From contig CAVNZM010000018.1 of assembly GCA_963693365.1 (NCBI GenBank), positions 1,710,228-1,774,227 on the forward strand: a stretch of DNA of 64,000 nt, given 5' to 3'. The position numbers and the translations under genes are program-made. Shown here one piece after another: positions 48,982 to 57,408 of this stretch (position 1 is its first letter; each line of letters opens with the position of its first letter). This DNA is from Amoebidium appalachense. Taxonomy: Eukaryota; Protista; Ichthyosporea. The notes beneath the pieces are model-generated. The model worked only from the letters and a program-made list of their open reading frames with translations. It made no database searches and had not been told where the DNA came from.

Positions 48982-49338
48982 TTATTTTTCATCTTTTACG
49001 TCTTTGCCCGCGCCGTCCCCCCAAATCAGCTGCAACGTGTCCTCTTCGGTTGTAAGCGTGATGTTCAGCGACGTGATGGTTTGCACGGCAATCCTGTACA
49101 CGTCTGCCGGCGCATAGTCGAACAGGTGGATCCTCGGTTGTCGGTCGGGGTAGTAGTGGCTGTATGCGAGCACGTTTCCGATCGCCGTCGTCCACTGCGA
49201 TACACGCTGGACCTCGATGACCTGTGTGCTGGTCAGCACGTCGATCCGGCCGGCCCGAGTGGGCACCTCGCACACCCCGTCCTCGACCTTGGCCAGTCGC
49301 TCGCGCACGAACGCCTCGTCGTAGCCTACCGCAGACAT
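48982..49338 (-). CDS. PD-(D/E)xK nuclease-like protein, catalytic Lys replaced (EVQ)
   Basis: EVPTRAGRIDVLTSTQVIEVQ..WTTAIGNVLAY..YP..RIHLF. ATG at 49338. Confidence 0.8.
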   Translation of the reverse strand: MSAVGYDEAFVRERLAKVEDGVCEVPTRAGRIDVLTSTQVIEVQRVSQWTTAIGNVLAYSHYYPDRQPRIHLFDYAPADVYRIAVQTITSLNITLTTEEDTLQLIWGDGAGKDVKDEK

Positions 49339-49539
49339 TCTATAACAGTGTACGAATAAAAAATACACCACACACAGACACCCGGTATCCCTAAAAATAG
49401 CCCCCCACACCAGGCTTTGACTGTTTCGCCAGCCAGCGCATTGTACGCGCGCGGAGCTTCCCCATTTTTTACCGTTCATGGGTTTGATGGATTCCAGACG
49501 CACACGCGCCCGGGCGTGCGCGTGCTGCATGTGGTCGCC

Positions 49540-50226
49540 CTATTCGTCGGCCTGGCCGCTGTTCTCAAAGTTCAGGACCTTGTCTCTGTCGAATCGATAC
49601 CCCATAGTTGTTTCCGATGTGGGGTTCCCTATTTTCACCATATTCGAGTAGACCCAGCTGCGCTCCCCAAGGACCTTTTTGAGGCACGAACCCAACCTTT
49701 TGGATCCCACCCGAATTTCCGTACCCGTTCCCCTTGTGCTCGCCCAGGTGCGCATCAGTTCCAGCATCCCGCCAGTCGTCACCCACACCCCCCCTTCCGC
49801 CAGTTGTGATGCTGCAACACCGTATCCGTTGGCCACGTCCTTCAAGAACTGTACCTCCACCGAAACAGAACCAGCCTGTGGCCTGGAGGGCGTAGCAGTT
49901 GGTCGGTTTCCCCACACAAGCTGCATCGTGTCAGGTTCCACCGTCACACATATATTAAAGTCTGACATTGTTTCGATGGCCACCTTGAACACGTCTGCTG
50001 ACGCATAGCCGAACAGATGGACCCGTGGTCGGTGGCTCGGGTAGTACTTCATGTACGCCTGCACCTGTCCCATTGCGGCCTTCCACTGCGGTGCGCGCTT
50101 GACCTCGATGATGTCCGTGTCTGTGAGCAGGTCGATGCGGCCCGCGGGGGTCACCACTTCGCGTTTCCCACCTTCAATCCGTGCCAATTTGTCGCTGACA
50201 AACGCCTCGTTGTAGGTGGCCATCAC
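49540..50226 (-). CDS. PD-(D/E)xK nuclease fused to a D5-helicase-type C-terminal domain
   Basis: EVVTPAGRIDLLTDTDIIEVK..WKAAMGQVQAY..YP.HRPRVHLF. The C-terminal half is similar to the C-terminus of 50827-52884. Confidence 0.85.
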   Translation of the reverse strand: MMATYNEAFVSDKLARIEGGKREVVTPAGRIDLLTDTDIIEVKRAPQWKAAMGQVQAYMKYYPSHRPRVHLFGYASADVFKVAIETMSDFNICVTVEPDTMQLVWGNRPTATPSRPQAGSVSVEVQFLKDVANGYGVAASQLAEGGVWVTTGGMLELMRTWASTRGTGTEIRVGSKRLGSCLKKVLGERSWVYSNMVKIGNPTSETTMGYRFDRDKVLNFENSGQADE

Positions 50227-50315
50227 TGTAGGTCACAAAAAAATCAGTGGCCGACGAAGAAGACCAGGGGTTATATAAAGCGTTATCATGTTTCTTTTCT
50301 TGCCACTTAGCAGTA

Positions 50316-50771
50316 ATGGACCTCCAATACACGCCAACCATAGAGACACCCCCTAACCCGAAGCGCCACGCTTGCACACTGTGTTCAGCAATGTTCACAT
50401 TCAAGGCAAATCTAAAAAGACACGAAAATACCCACAAGAATAATAGCACCGGCGCATATGCCTGTCCACAACCCGGCTGCTTTGCAAGCTTTGCCCGCAG
50501 CGACCACATGAAACTGCACCAGCGCACACACTCTGGCAGCCGACCCTATCAATGCCCAGACTGTCCAGCCACTTACGTCTATCCTGCGGGTTTGTGGGTT
50601 CACCGACGAACAGCTCATGAAGGGTGTCAGCTGCCGAGACGGCCCCGGCGCGCAAGCGGGCGTTTTACATGCCCCTTCGACCAGTGCCAGGCTGCATTTG
50701 CCTGGTCTACAACCCTGAACAGGCACGTCGAGACTGAACACCCCAGTCTTGTGCCCAGCCCGAAGGTATAA
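50316..50771 (+). CDS. C2H2 zinc-finger protein (4 fingers)
   Basis: Four CxxC/CxxxxC..HxxxH fingers and an HSGSRPY linker. TATATAAAG at ~50272. Confidence 0.9.
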   Translation: MDLQYTPTIETPPNPKRHACTLCSAMFTFKANLKRHENTHKNNSTGAYACPQPGCFASFARSDHMKLHQRTHSGSRPYQCPDCPATYVYPAGLWVHRRTAHEGCQLPRRPRRASGRFTCPFDQCQAAFAWSTTLNRHVETEHPSLVPSPKV

Positions 50772-50774
50772 AAG
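50765..50774 (+). promoter_or_regulatory. TATA box (GGTATAAAAG) upstream of the helicase
   Basis: The same motif occurs at 54282 and 54728, each 47-62 bp before an ATG. Confidence 0.6.
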
Positions 50775-50826
50775 CGCTTGCCAGACCTCAGACCGTCAAA
50801 TATTATCTATCCCCTTCACTACCACA

Positions 50827-52884
50827 ATGGATGTCATTCGCTCAAACATGAACACTGCCCGGTGCGACGGCAAGGATACGGAGAAGACCGAATACGAGGT
50901 TTGCTGCGAGGGTGCAGATCAACCCAAGCAGGCAAACCAAGGGCTCTCGCGCCGCAGAGCCTGTCCTGACTGGTACCTCGCAGTCTTTGCACCACAGGGG
51001 TCCCGGGAAGTTACGGTGGACAATGAGCCCTTCGATCACAACGACCTCCACAATTCCCTCAAGCGACAGTTTGGACTGGTTTATGCCGAAATAACCACCC
51101 GTCAGTCCAAGCGCCACAAGACCGCACACTACGAGTGCAACACCCGCCACCCAGCTCCCGGGCCTAACAGAGCTGCGCTCAAGTCATGGGCCAAGGAGAA
51201 ATTTCCTTTGGCCAACAGGGTAGTAATGAACCCGATTCTCGACTGGACGACCGCGACGCGTTGGACCCAGGGGCCCCATACGACCACATTCGGCGAAGCA
51301 CCTTGTACGGCAGCTGTCCCCGCTGTGGTTGCGAAAAAGGACAGCAAGCGGCTGGCTCATATTGAGGAGGTGTTTCGTGTTCTGGAGCAGGAGTCGACCG
51401 ACCCTCCGGGTGGATACGAGTTCATGCCGGACCTGCTACCAACCACCTGGAAGGAAACTGAGCTCGTCGAGTACCTGCAGAAGTGGGTGGGAAAAATCAG
51501 CGGAACCTCCCTCTACCTCTTGAAGGTGTGGTGCCATGACAAGGGCGTGTACACACTCAAGACGTTGACCGAAAAAGACATGAAATGCACCATGCAGGGT
51601 TTTGTGGTCGAGTGGATGGAGGGCGAGGGTTGTGAAATCAAGCGGACATACACCGGCATTGACTTCCTTATGGGACGCCGCATTCCTCGTTATGGACTAG
51701 CAGTCTTTGACCCCGCGTCGCCCAATCCCAAGACAGGAGAGACAAACCCAAAGTACCGCCAAGGAGCCTTGTTCACATATAACTTCTTTCGCGGCTTCCC
51801 CATCAAGTACACCGAGGGCTTCCGTTTCATGGGTCCAGAATGCCCCGTGATCCCCTACCATCCTGGCCAGCAGGTTGTGGTCATGCCGGATCAGCTCCTC
51901 GACAAGTACCGTGTACGTGAATACGGGGGCATTGAGATGTTCATACGCCACACATTCGAGGTGCTTGCCGATGGAAACGCCGAGGCATTCGAATACCTTC
52001 TTAAGTGGGTGGCCCAGATCTTCCAGTATCCGGACACTAAGTCTGGAGCGGCGGTTCTCGTCAAGTCAGTCCAGGGCACCGGAAAAAACGTGTTCTTCGA
52101 CGTACTCAAGGCGCTCGTTGGCTCGGAATACTACGCCTACGTGAAGAACAAGGAACACATATCCAGCAAGTTCAACTCCCACCTCAACCACAAACTACTA
52201 GCTGTTATCGACGAGTGTGTCTTTGGTGGGAGCCACGAGGCCAACAACCTTATCAAAAGTCTGATCACACAAGAAGACAGCCTTTTGGAGAAAAAGGGGG
52301 TGGATGGCATCTACACCAAAAACTTCGAGCGCTACGTGTTTCTGTCAAACGAAGACTGGCCCGTTCGTGTGGAGCTATCCGATCGGAGATTCATATGTCT
52401 CGAGGCAAACAGCAGCCGGGTGGGCCAGCTTCGATACTTCGACGAGTTCGTCAGATATCACAGGCAACCCGAAGTGCTGGAGGCTCTGTTTCACTTCTTC
52501 TTGGACCTTCCTGGTGTCCCTAAAACAATGCCGCCGCCGCCACAAACAAATCTCAAACAGAAGCTCATGGAGAAGAGTCTGCCCATCGAGATACAATTTC
52601 TGAGGGATGTCGCAACTGGCGCAGAGGGAACAGATGTTTTTGGTCTCGAGGATGGCACCTGGGCCACAACGGGTGGCTTGGTGGAGTGCATGAAAGAGTG
52701 GGCCGATGCAAACATGATGGATAGCCGAAAGGTTGTCGGGGTCAAGAGGCTCGGCACGGTACTGACGCAGGTGTTTGGAGGTTCGGCCTTCGTGCCTGCA
52801 GGTGGAAGAGTTTCAAGAGGGGCGCCTGGAAGACACACACGTGCTCATTTGCTCGATTTTGCAAAAATCATGAGTTTCCAGTGA
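50827..52884 (+). CDS. D5-like superfamily 3 helicase (DUF5906/NrS-1-type)
   Basis: Walker A SVQGTGKN, FNSHL, Walker B AVIDE, IKSLIT..EKKG, motif C FLSNE and arginine finger DRRF. Confidence 0.92.
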   Translation: MDVIRSNMNTARCDGKDTEKTEYEVCCEGADQPKQANQGLSRRRACPDWYLAVFAPQGSREVTVDNEPFDHNDLHNSLKRQFGLVYAEITTRQSKRHKTAHYECNTRHPAPGPNRAALKSWAKEKFPLANRVVMNPILDWTTATRWTQGPHTTTFGEAPCTAAVPAVVAKKDSKRLAHIEEVFRVLEQESTDPPGGYEFMPDLLPTTWKETELVEYLQKWVGKISGTSLYLLKVWCHDKGVYTLKTLTEKDMKCTMQGFVVEWMEGEGCEIKRTYTGIDFLMGRRIPRYGLAVFDPASPNPKTGETNPKYRQGALFTYNFFRGFPIKYTEGFRFMGPECPVIPYHPGQQVVVMPDQLLDKYRVREYGGIEMFIRHTFEVLADGNAEAFEYLLKWVAQIFQYPDTKSGAAVLVKSVQGTGKNVFFDVLKALVGSEYYAYVKNKEHISSKFNSHLNHKLLAVIDECVFGGSHEANNLIKSLITQEDSLLEKKGVDGIYTKNFERYVFLSNEDWPVRVELSDRRFICLEANSSRVGQLRYFDEFVRYHRQPEVLEALFHFFLDLPGVPKTMPPPPQTNLKQKLMEKSLPIEIQFLRDVATGAEGTDVFGLEDGTWATTGGLVECMKEWADANMMDSRKVVGVKRLGTVLTQVFGGSAFVPAGGRVSRGAPGRHTRAHLLDFAKIMSFQ

Positions 52885-53507
52885 CCATACCAAAAACACT
52901 CTATTTAGCTTTGATAGTTTCGTTGTGTAGCTTCGTCGACACCCAGATCGGGCGATTTCATTGGCTGAAATGTTTTTTTCGTGATTGTGATTGGCTGAAT
53001 ATCACAGTTAGCTACTTTAGCAGGATAGCTGGATGTTTTTTGGGGTCCCTGCACAAACACACACACACACAGCTCTGTACTTATTTTTTGCCATGGGTTG
53101 ACTTCATTTTTATCCAGCTAACATAGCTAACGAAGCTAAATCGTATTAAAATATAGCTAAAAAGCTAATTTCTATTAGTGAAACATGGTTTGGGTTTAGC
53201 TTCGTGTGTGGCGACTTTAGCTTCGTTGCAACAGTGAGTGACCGTGTATCTGTATTTGGTCTCTGTGTAACTGCTCTGTAGAGGGGTAACGTTACTCAGC
53301 ACGCGAGGCATGCGAGGCACGCGAGGCACCCGCGCCCCCCAGCCCCCCCCAGCCACCCCCAGCCACCCCCAGCCCCGCCCAGCCACCCCCAGCCCCCCAC
53401 GCGCCGCAACATTGTCGGGCGCACACACAAGGTCGAAAGTGCGATGTGTGATTGTCAATGGGTAACCCGGTTGGGGCGGCACGCGAATTTTATGTGTGCG
53501 GTATGTG

Positions 53508-53921
53508 ATGACGGACACCGAGCTTGAGTTCGCACGGAACATGGTCGTATACGAGCTGGCCGACCGGCTGGAAGGCGTCGAGGACACGCTCACCAAGGTC
53601 GGGCGCATCGACGTGCTGACGGACCACCAGATCGTCCAGGTCGAGCAGCTGGCCGACTGGAAGACCGCCATGGCGAACGTGCTGGCGAACCACCACTTCC
53701 ACCCCGACAAGGAGATGCGCGTGCACCTGTTCAACCACGGCCCGCTCGTGCCCGCCGAAACCATCGCGCACGCCATGAGGATCATGGACAAGCACGAGAT
53801 CATGGTGACGTGCGAGGAGGACATCCTGTACGGGCTGTTTCCGGTTGGGCCCCACAGTGCCCCCCCACCCGTGCACACGGCACCCGCCGCTGCGCCAGAG
53901 GCTCGGAAGTCCGGGCGTTGA
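53508..53921 (+). CDS. PD-(D/E)xK nuclease-like paralogue, catalytic motif degenerate (QVE)
   Basis: VGRIDVLTDHQIVQVE..WKTAMANVLA..HPDKEMRVHLF. Confidence 0.8.
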   Translation: MTDTELEFARNMVVYELADRLEGVEDTLTKVGRIDVLTDHQIVQVEQLADWKTAMANVLANHHFHPDKEMRVHLFNHGPLVPAETIAHAMRIMDKHEIMVTCEEDILYGLFPVGPHSAPPPVHTAPAAAPEARKSGR

Positions 53922-54084
53922 TGGCGTGACACCTCCCCCCGGGGCGCGGGTGGCTGGGGGGGCTGTGGGGGGCTGTGGGGGCACACGAGGAACAATAAAG
54001 GAAGCACGAACACACCCGGCGCGAGGCACGCAGGCACGCGAGGCGTGCGAGCCCCCCCCAGCCCCCCCAGCCCCGTGTGTGAAG

Positions 54085-54330
54085 GAGTAGAATATGCCAG
54101 TCTTATTGATTATACGATGTTGGTGCGTGATCTGGATAGACATGCGGCGAGTGATTATGTGAGACGTAACTTTGAAAACCAAAAGCCTGAACATGAGGCT
54201 TTTGAGATTTGGCGATTCCCCAAGACATTTCAATGGGTAAGCACCAACCTGCCCTCGGCACGACTGAGGGTGCCACGCGCAGGTATAAAAGGAGCACACA
54301 CGGCCACCTGGGGTCAGTCTGACACAGCAT
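54085..54330 (+). pseudogene. 5'-truncated Bro-N/KilA-like domain remnant
   Basis: YASLIDYTMLVRDLDRHAASDYVRRNFE is paralogous to MASLVDYTMLVRGLDRDAAGRYLRRIFE in the next ORF. No upstream ATG. Confidence 0.6.
54282..54292 (+). promoter_or_regulatory. TATA box (GGTATAAAAGG)
   Basis: 47 bp upstream of ATG 54329. Confidence 0.6.
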
Positions 54331-55939
54331 GGCTGGCGAGCAGAACAAAAAAGGCGACATGTCGTTTCTTTGGAAGGAGTTCCCTCAGTTCAAGGGCACC
54401 ACTGTGCGAATTGACAACAAAACCAAGAATGCAAGTGTTTTGGATGTCGTCGCTCTTGTGCTCGGAAACCGTGAAGCAGCCCGCATGGCATGGAAATCTC
54501 TCAGAGACAGCTCTGATCCATCCGTAAGTGAAACCGTAAGCGCGGCTTACGGTCTGAAAATCAACGGCAAGGGTCTGGAGACAGATGTTGCCCCCTTCCG
54601 CACCCTCCTCGAGATCATCTACCTGCTCCCTGGCAAGCGCGCGCACCATGTTCGCATGAGCAGTATCAATTTTATCAAGCGCCTGATGTCCAACGAAGTA
54701 AATTCCAGTCCTGGAAGTCAGACAGAGGGTATAAAAGGACCCAACACACATCACAATACCTCAATCTCGCAAAGCATGGATCTCGAACACACCGATCTTG
54801 TCTTGACCGGAAACGAGGTCGCCGCTAAAAAAGGCGACACAATTTGCATAGGCAACCATGTCATTCGAGTGTGTCAGGTCGGTGGTGTGAAGATGGCGAG
54901 TCTTGTGGACTATACCATGCTTGTCCGCGGTTTGGATAGAGACGCAGCCGGTCGATATCTACGGCGTATCTTCGAAGACCCATCCCTCAAGCAATCGGTC
55001 AAAATGACCGATTGCCACTTTGGAAATGGGGGAAAACCATCTCCTGGTGTTCCTGCAACTTCATTGGTCAAGCTGACGTTCAAGATTGCATCTGGCTCAC
55101 GCTATGGTTCCGCGATCATCGACAAGTGGGCCCGAGACATAGCGCGCCTGGAAGGTGGAGACGAAACACTCGTGGAGGACATCGAGCGCAACCGTGCCGC
55201 GGCAGCGGCCAACCCGTCAGGACCCAACGCTTTCATGCGCGACAGTGTGAGGGGGGAAATGGATGCCGACGGGACACCCGAGAGGGAGCCCAAGAGACTG
55301 AAGCTCGGAGACATCACCCAGTTCATGACCAACCAGGCCGAGATGGAAACCGCACTGAGTCTGTACAAGGAGGCGCGCATCGCCGAATCTGCTCAGTACA
55401 CGGAGATCATGATGATGCGCGAGCAGGCTGCTCTGATCCGGGAGGAGCGCCTGAAACTCGAGGTGCAGTGTCGGCTTCTGGAACTTCAGACCACAGACAA
55501 TCTCAAGCAGGACCAAATTCCATCGGAATTCGAGGATGCCAGTGATGAGCTGCGCCGGGTCACCAACCACGTGTGCACCAAGCAGCAGTCCGGTATCTAC
55601 GTGTTTGTGTCCGAGTATGGCGACCCGCCCTGTCTGAAGATCGGCCAGAGCCTGAAGGACGTGAAGGGCCGCATGAGGCAGGCCGGTACGTGGCATGTGG
55701 GGCCCAACAAGCGCCTGCTCTTTGCGCTTCCCGTGCCGTCCGAGCAGTTGGCGCTTGCAGAAAAGTGCCTGCACACGGCACTCAAACACAAGAACGTCGA
55801 GCGCGAGCTGTTCCGTGTGGACTTTGTGACTTTTGCTGCTTCCATGCTGGAGATGGCGAGGGGGCACATGGAAGACGACTTGACACGGGACCTCGTCATC
55901 AGCGTGTTCAAGAAAGCCAGCCAGGAGCAAGCACAGTAG
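54329..55939 (+). CDS. Bro-N/KilA-like DNA-binding domains, coiled coil and T5orf172 (GIY-YIG-like) domain
   Basis: VRID..ASVLDVV; IRV..ASLVDY; GGDETLVEDIERN; SGIYVF..LKIGQS..VKGRMRQ..AEKCLHTALK..ERELF. Confidence 0.85.
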   Translation: MAGEQNKKGDMSFLWKEFPQFKGTTVRIDNKTKNASVLDVVALVLGNREAARMAWKSLRDSSDPSVSETVSAAYGLKINGKGLETDVAPFRTLLEIIYLLPGKRAHHVRMSSINFIKRLMSNEVNSSPGSQTEGIKGPNTHHNTSISQSMDLEHTDLVLTGNEVAAKKGDTICIGNHVIRVCQVGGVKMASLVDYTMLVRGLDRDAAGRYLRRIFEDPSLKQSVKMTDCHFGNGGKPSPGVPATSLVKLTFKIASGSRYGSAIIDKWARDIARLEGGDETLVEDIERNRAAAAANPSGPNAFMRDSVRGEMDADGTPEREPKRLKLGDITQFMTNQAEMETALSLYKEARIAESAQYTEIMMMREQAALIREERLKLEVQCRLLELQTTDNLKQDQIPSEFEDASDELRRVTNHVCTKQQSGIYVFVSEYGDPPCLKIGQSLKDVKGRMRQAGTWHVGPNKRLLFALPVPSEQLALAEKCLHTALKHKNVERELFRVDFVTFAASMLEMARGHMEDDLTRDLVISVFKKASQEQAQ

Positions 55940-56031
55940 CCCCACGACATACCTTCAAAGTTTCGTTTCTTCAAACAGAGGAAACACATCAATATTTCGA
56001 TAAGCAGGTATACATATACCCGCGCAGGGCC

Positions 56032-56785
56032 TCAGTCGCCGTAGTCGATGGGCCACTCGGTGGTGCCCATGTACGCACTGCCCCCGGGGGTGATGCCGAG
56101 CAGCCCGTAGAGCGTGTTGCCGAAGCCCAGCACGGCCTCGATGGCCTCATCGGGCAGCACGTGCGCCAGCCCGCGCCATAAGTTCCTGTGGATCCAGAGG
56201 CGGTCGCGCGTGTAGAACGGGGCAGGCACGACGGCGGCCTGGTTTCGGATGAGCTCAGCGGCCACTGTTTGTGCGAGTGTGGGGGCACCGGGGAGCGGGC
56301 GCTCGAAGATCAAGGTGGGGGTCTCCGTGTAGGAGGGCATGATATCTGCCCAATCCGGCGGCTGGATTTCCAGGTCAAAGACCATCATCCACTGAAAGGC
56401 ATTCAGTGCAGCGCTGTACGTGACCATGAGCCGCCTGTCATCGACCCAGTCATGCCCCGCATCAATTGCAAACTCCCAGAAGCCCGTCGCGCGGCCATCG
56501 TCCATCACGCGTGGAGGGTCATACCAGGCATCGATGAAGTGCGTGTGCTTGCACACAAACCTGAGTGGGGCAGTCAGCACCGACATTCTGCCCCTGCGAA
56601 TGTTGCCGAATTCGTCCGTGGGCTCGGGCGGCTGCGGGTAGACGATGCGGACTACACCCAGTGCTCGGGTCTGGACCCCACCCGCAATGCCCGGCTGGGC
56701 GGGGATGAAACCACGTTGGGTCGTCGACAAAGGCTTGCAGGTCCCCCGGGTTGGTCAGCACCCTCTTTTCCACCGGCCAGTTCAT
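56032..56785 (-). CDS. Hypothetical protein, probably with a 5' frameshift
   Basis: High-complexity ORF 56730-56032 lacks an ATG start. An ATG at ~56785 (MNWPVEKRV..) is in another frame and may join near 56660. Confidence 0.55.
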
Positions 56786-56880
56786 ATGTGCAGGCCCCAA
56801 TAAATAGAACACAACCAGCTCTGGGACCTCCCCCCACCCCCCAGCAAACAAGAACACCCCTGCGCCCACAACTATTATCC

Positions 56881-57282
56881 ATGCACACGGTAATGTACGT
56901 GCTCGTTGCCCTACTTGCACAAGCCGCCGCCGCCGCCGCCAGCTACGTGACGGTCCTCCCGACGCCGACGCCAACCACCCCGACGCCCACCCTCACCCAA
57001 CCATCCAGATGCACACGGCTCACTGCGCAGACGGCCACCGCAGCGCCCGTGTGCTCGCAGGTGCCGGTGCCGGGGGTGGGGTGCGGGTGGCTGTGCCGCA
57101 CGGTGGTGCCGCAGAATCCGTCGCTCGTGCCGTGCAACCAGTTTGTGGGCTGCAACCTCTACCGACCGGACCCCAAGACCGGCGGGGTGCTGCGGTGCAA
57201 GCGGCGCAGGGCCACGTCGATGCCGTGCGCGCCGGACTTCTGCTGCGTCAAGCCTGCTGGCATCGGTGCAGCAGGGATATAA
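56881..57282 (+). CDS. Secreted Thr/Pro-rich, Cys-rich protein
   Basis: Signal-like MYVLVALLAQAAAAAA, a PT-rich stalk and a Cys-rich C-terminal domain. Confidence 0.7.
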   Translation: MHTVMYVLVALLAQAAAAAASYVTVLPTPTPTTPTPTLTQPSRCTRLTAQTATAAPVCSQVPVPGVGCGWLCRTVVPQNPSLVPCNQFVGCNLYRPDPKTGGVLRCKRRRATSMPCAPDFCCVKPAGIGAAGI

Positions 57283-57408
57283 ACTCTTTTGCATATATCG
57301 GTCACAGAATGGACGCAATCCCCCCCCCCCCCCCCACCCCGCGCGGGAACCCATCCGAAACTGTCCCAGGGAACCACCCAGATGTCGAAAAATTCGGCTG
57401 TTGTGTAG

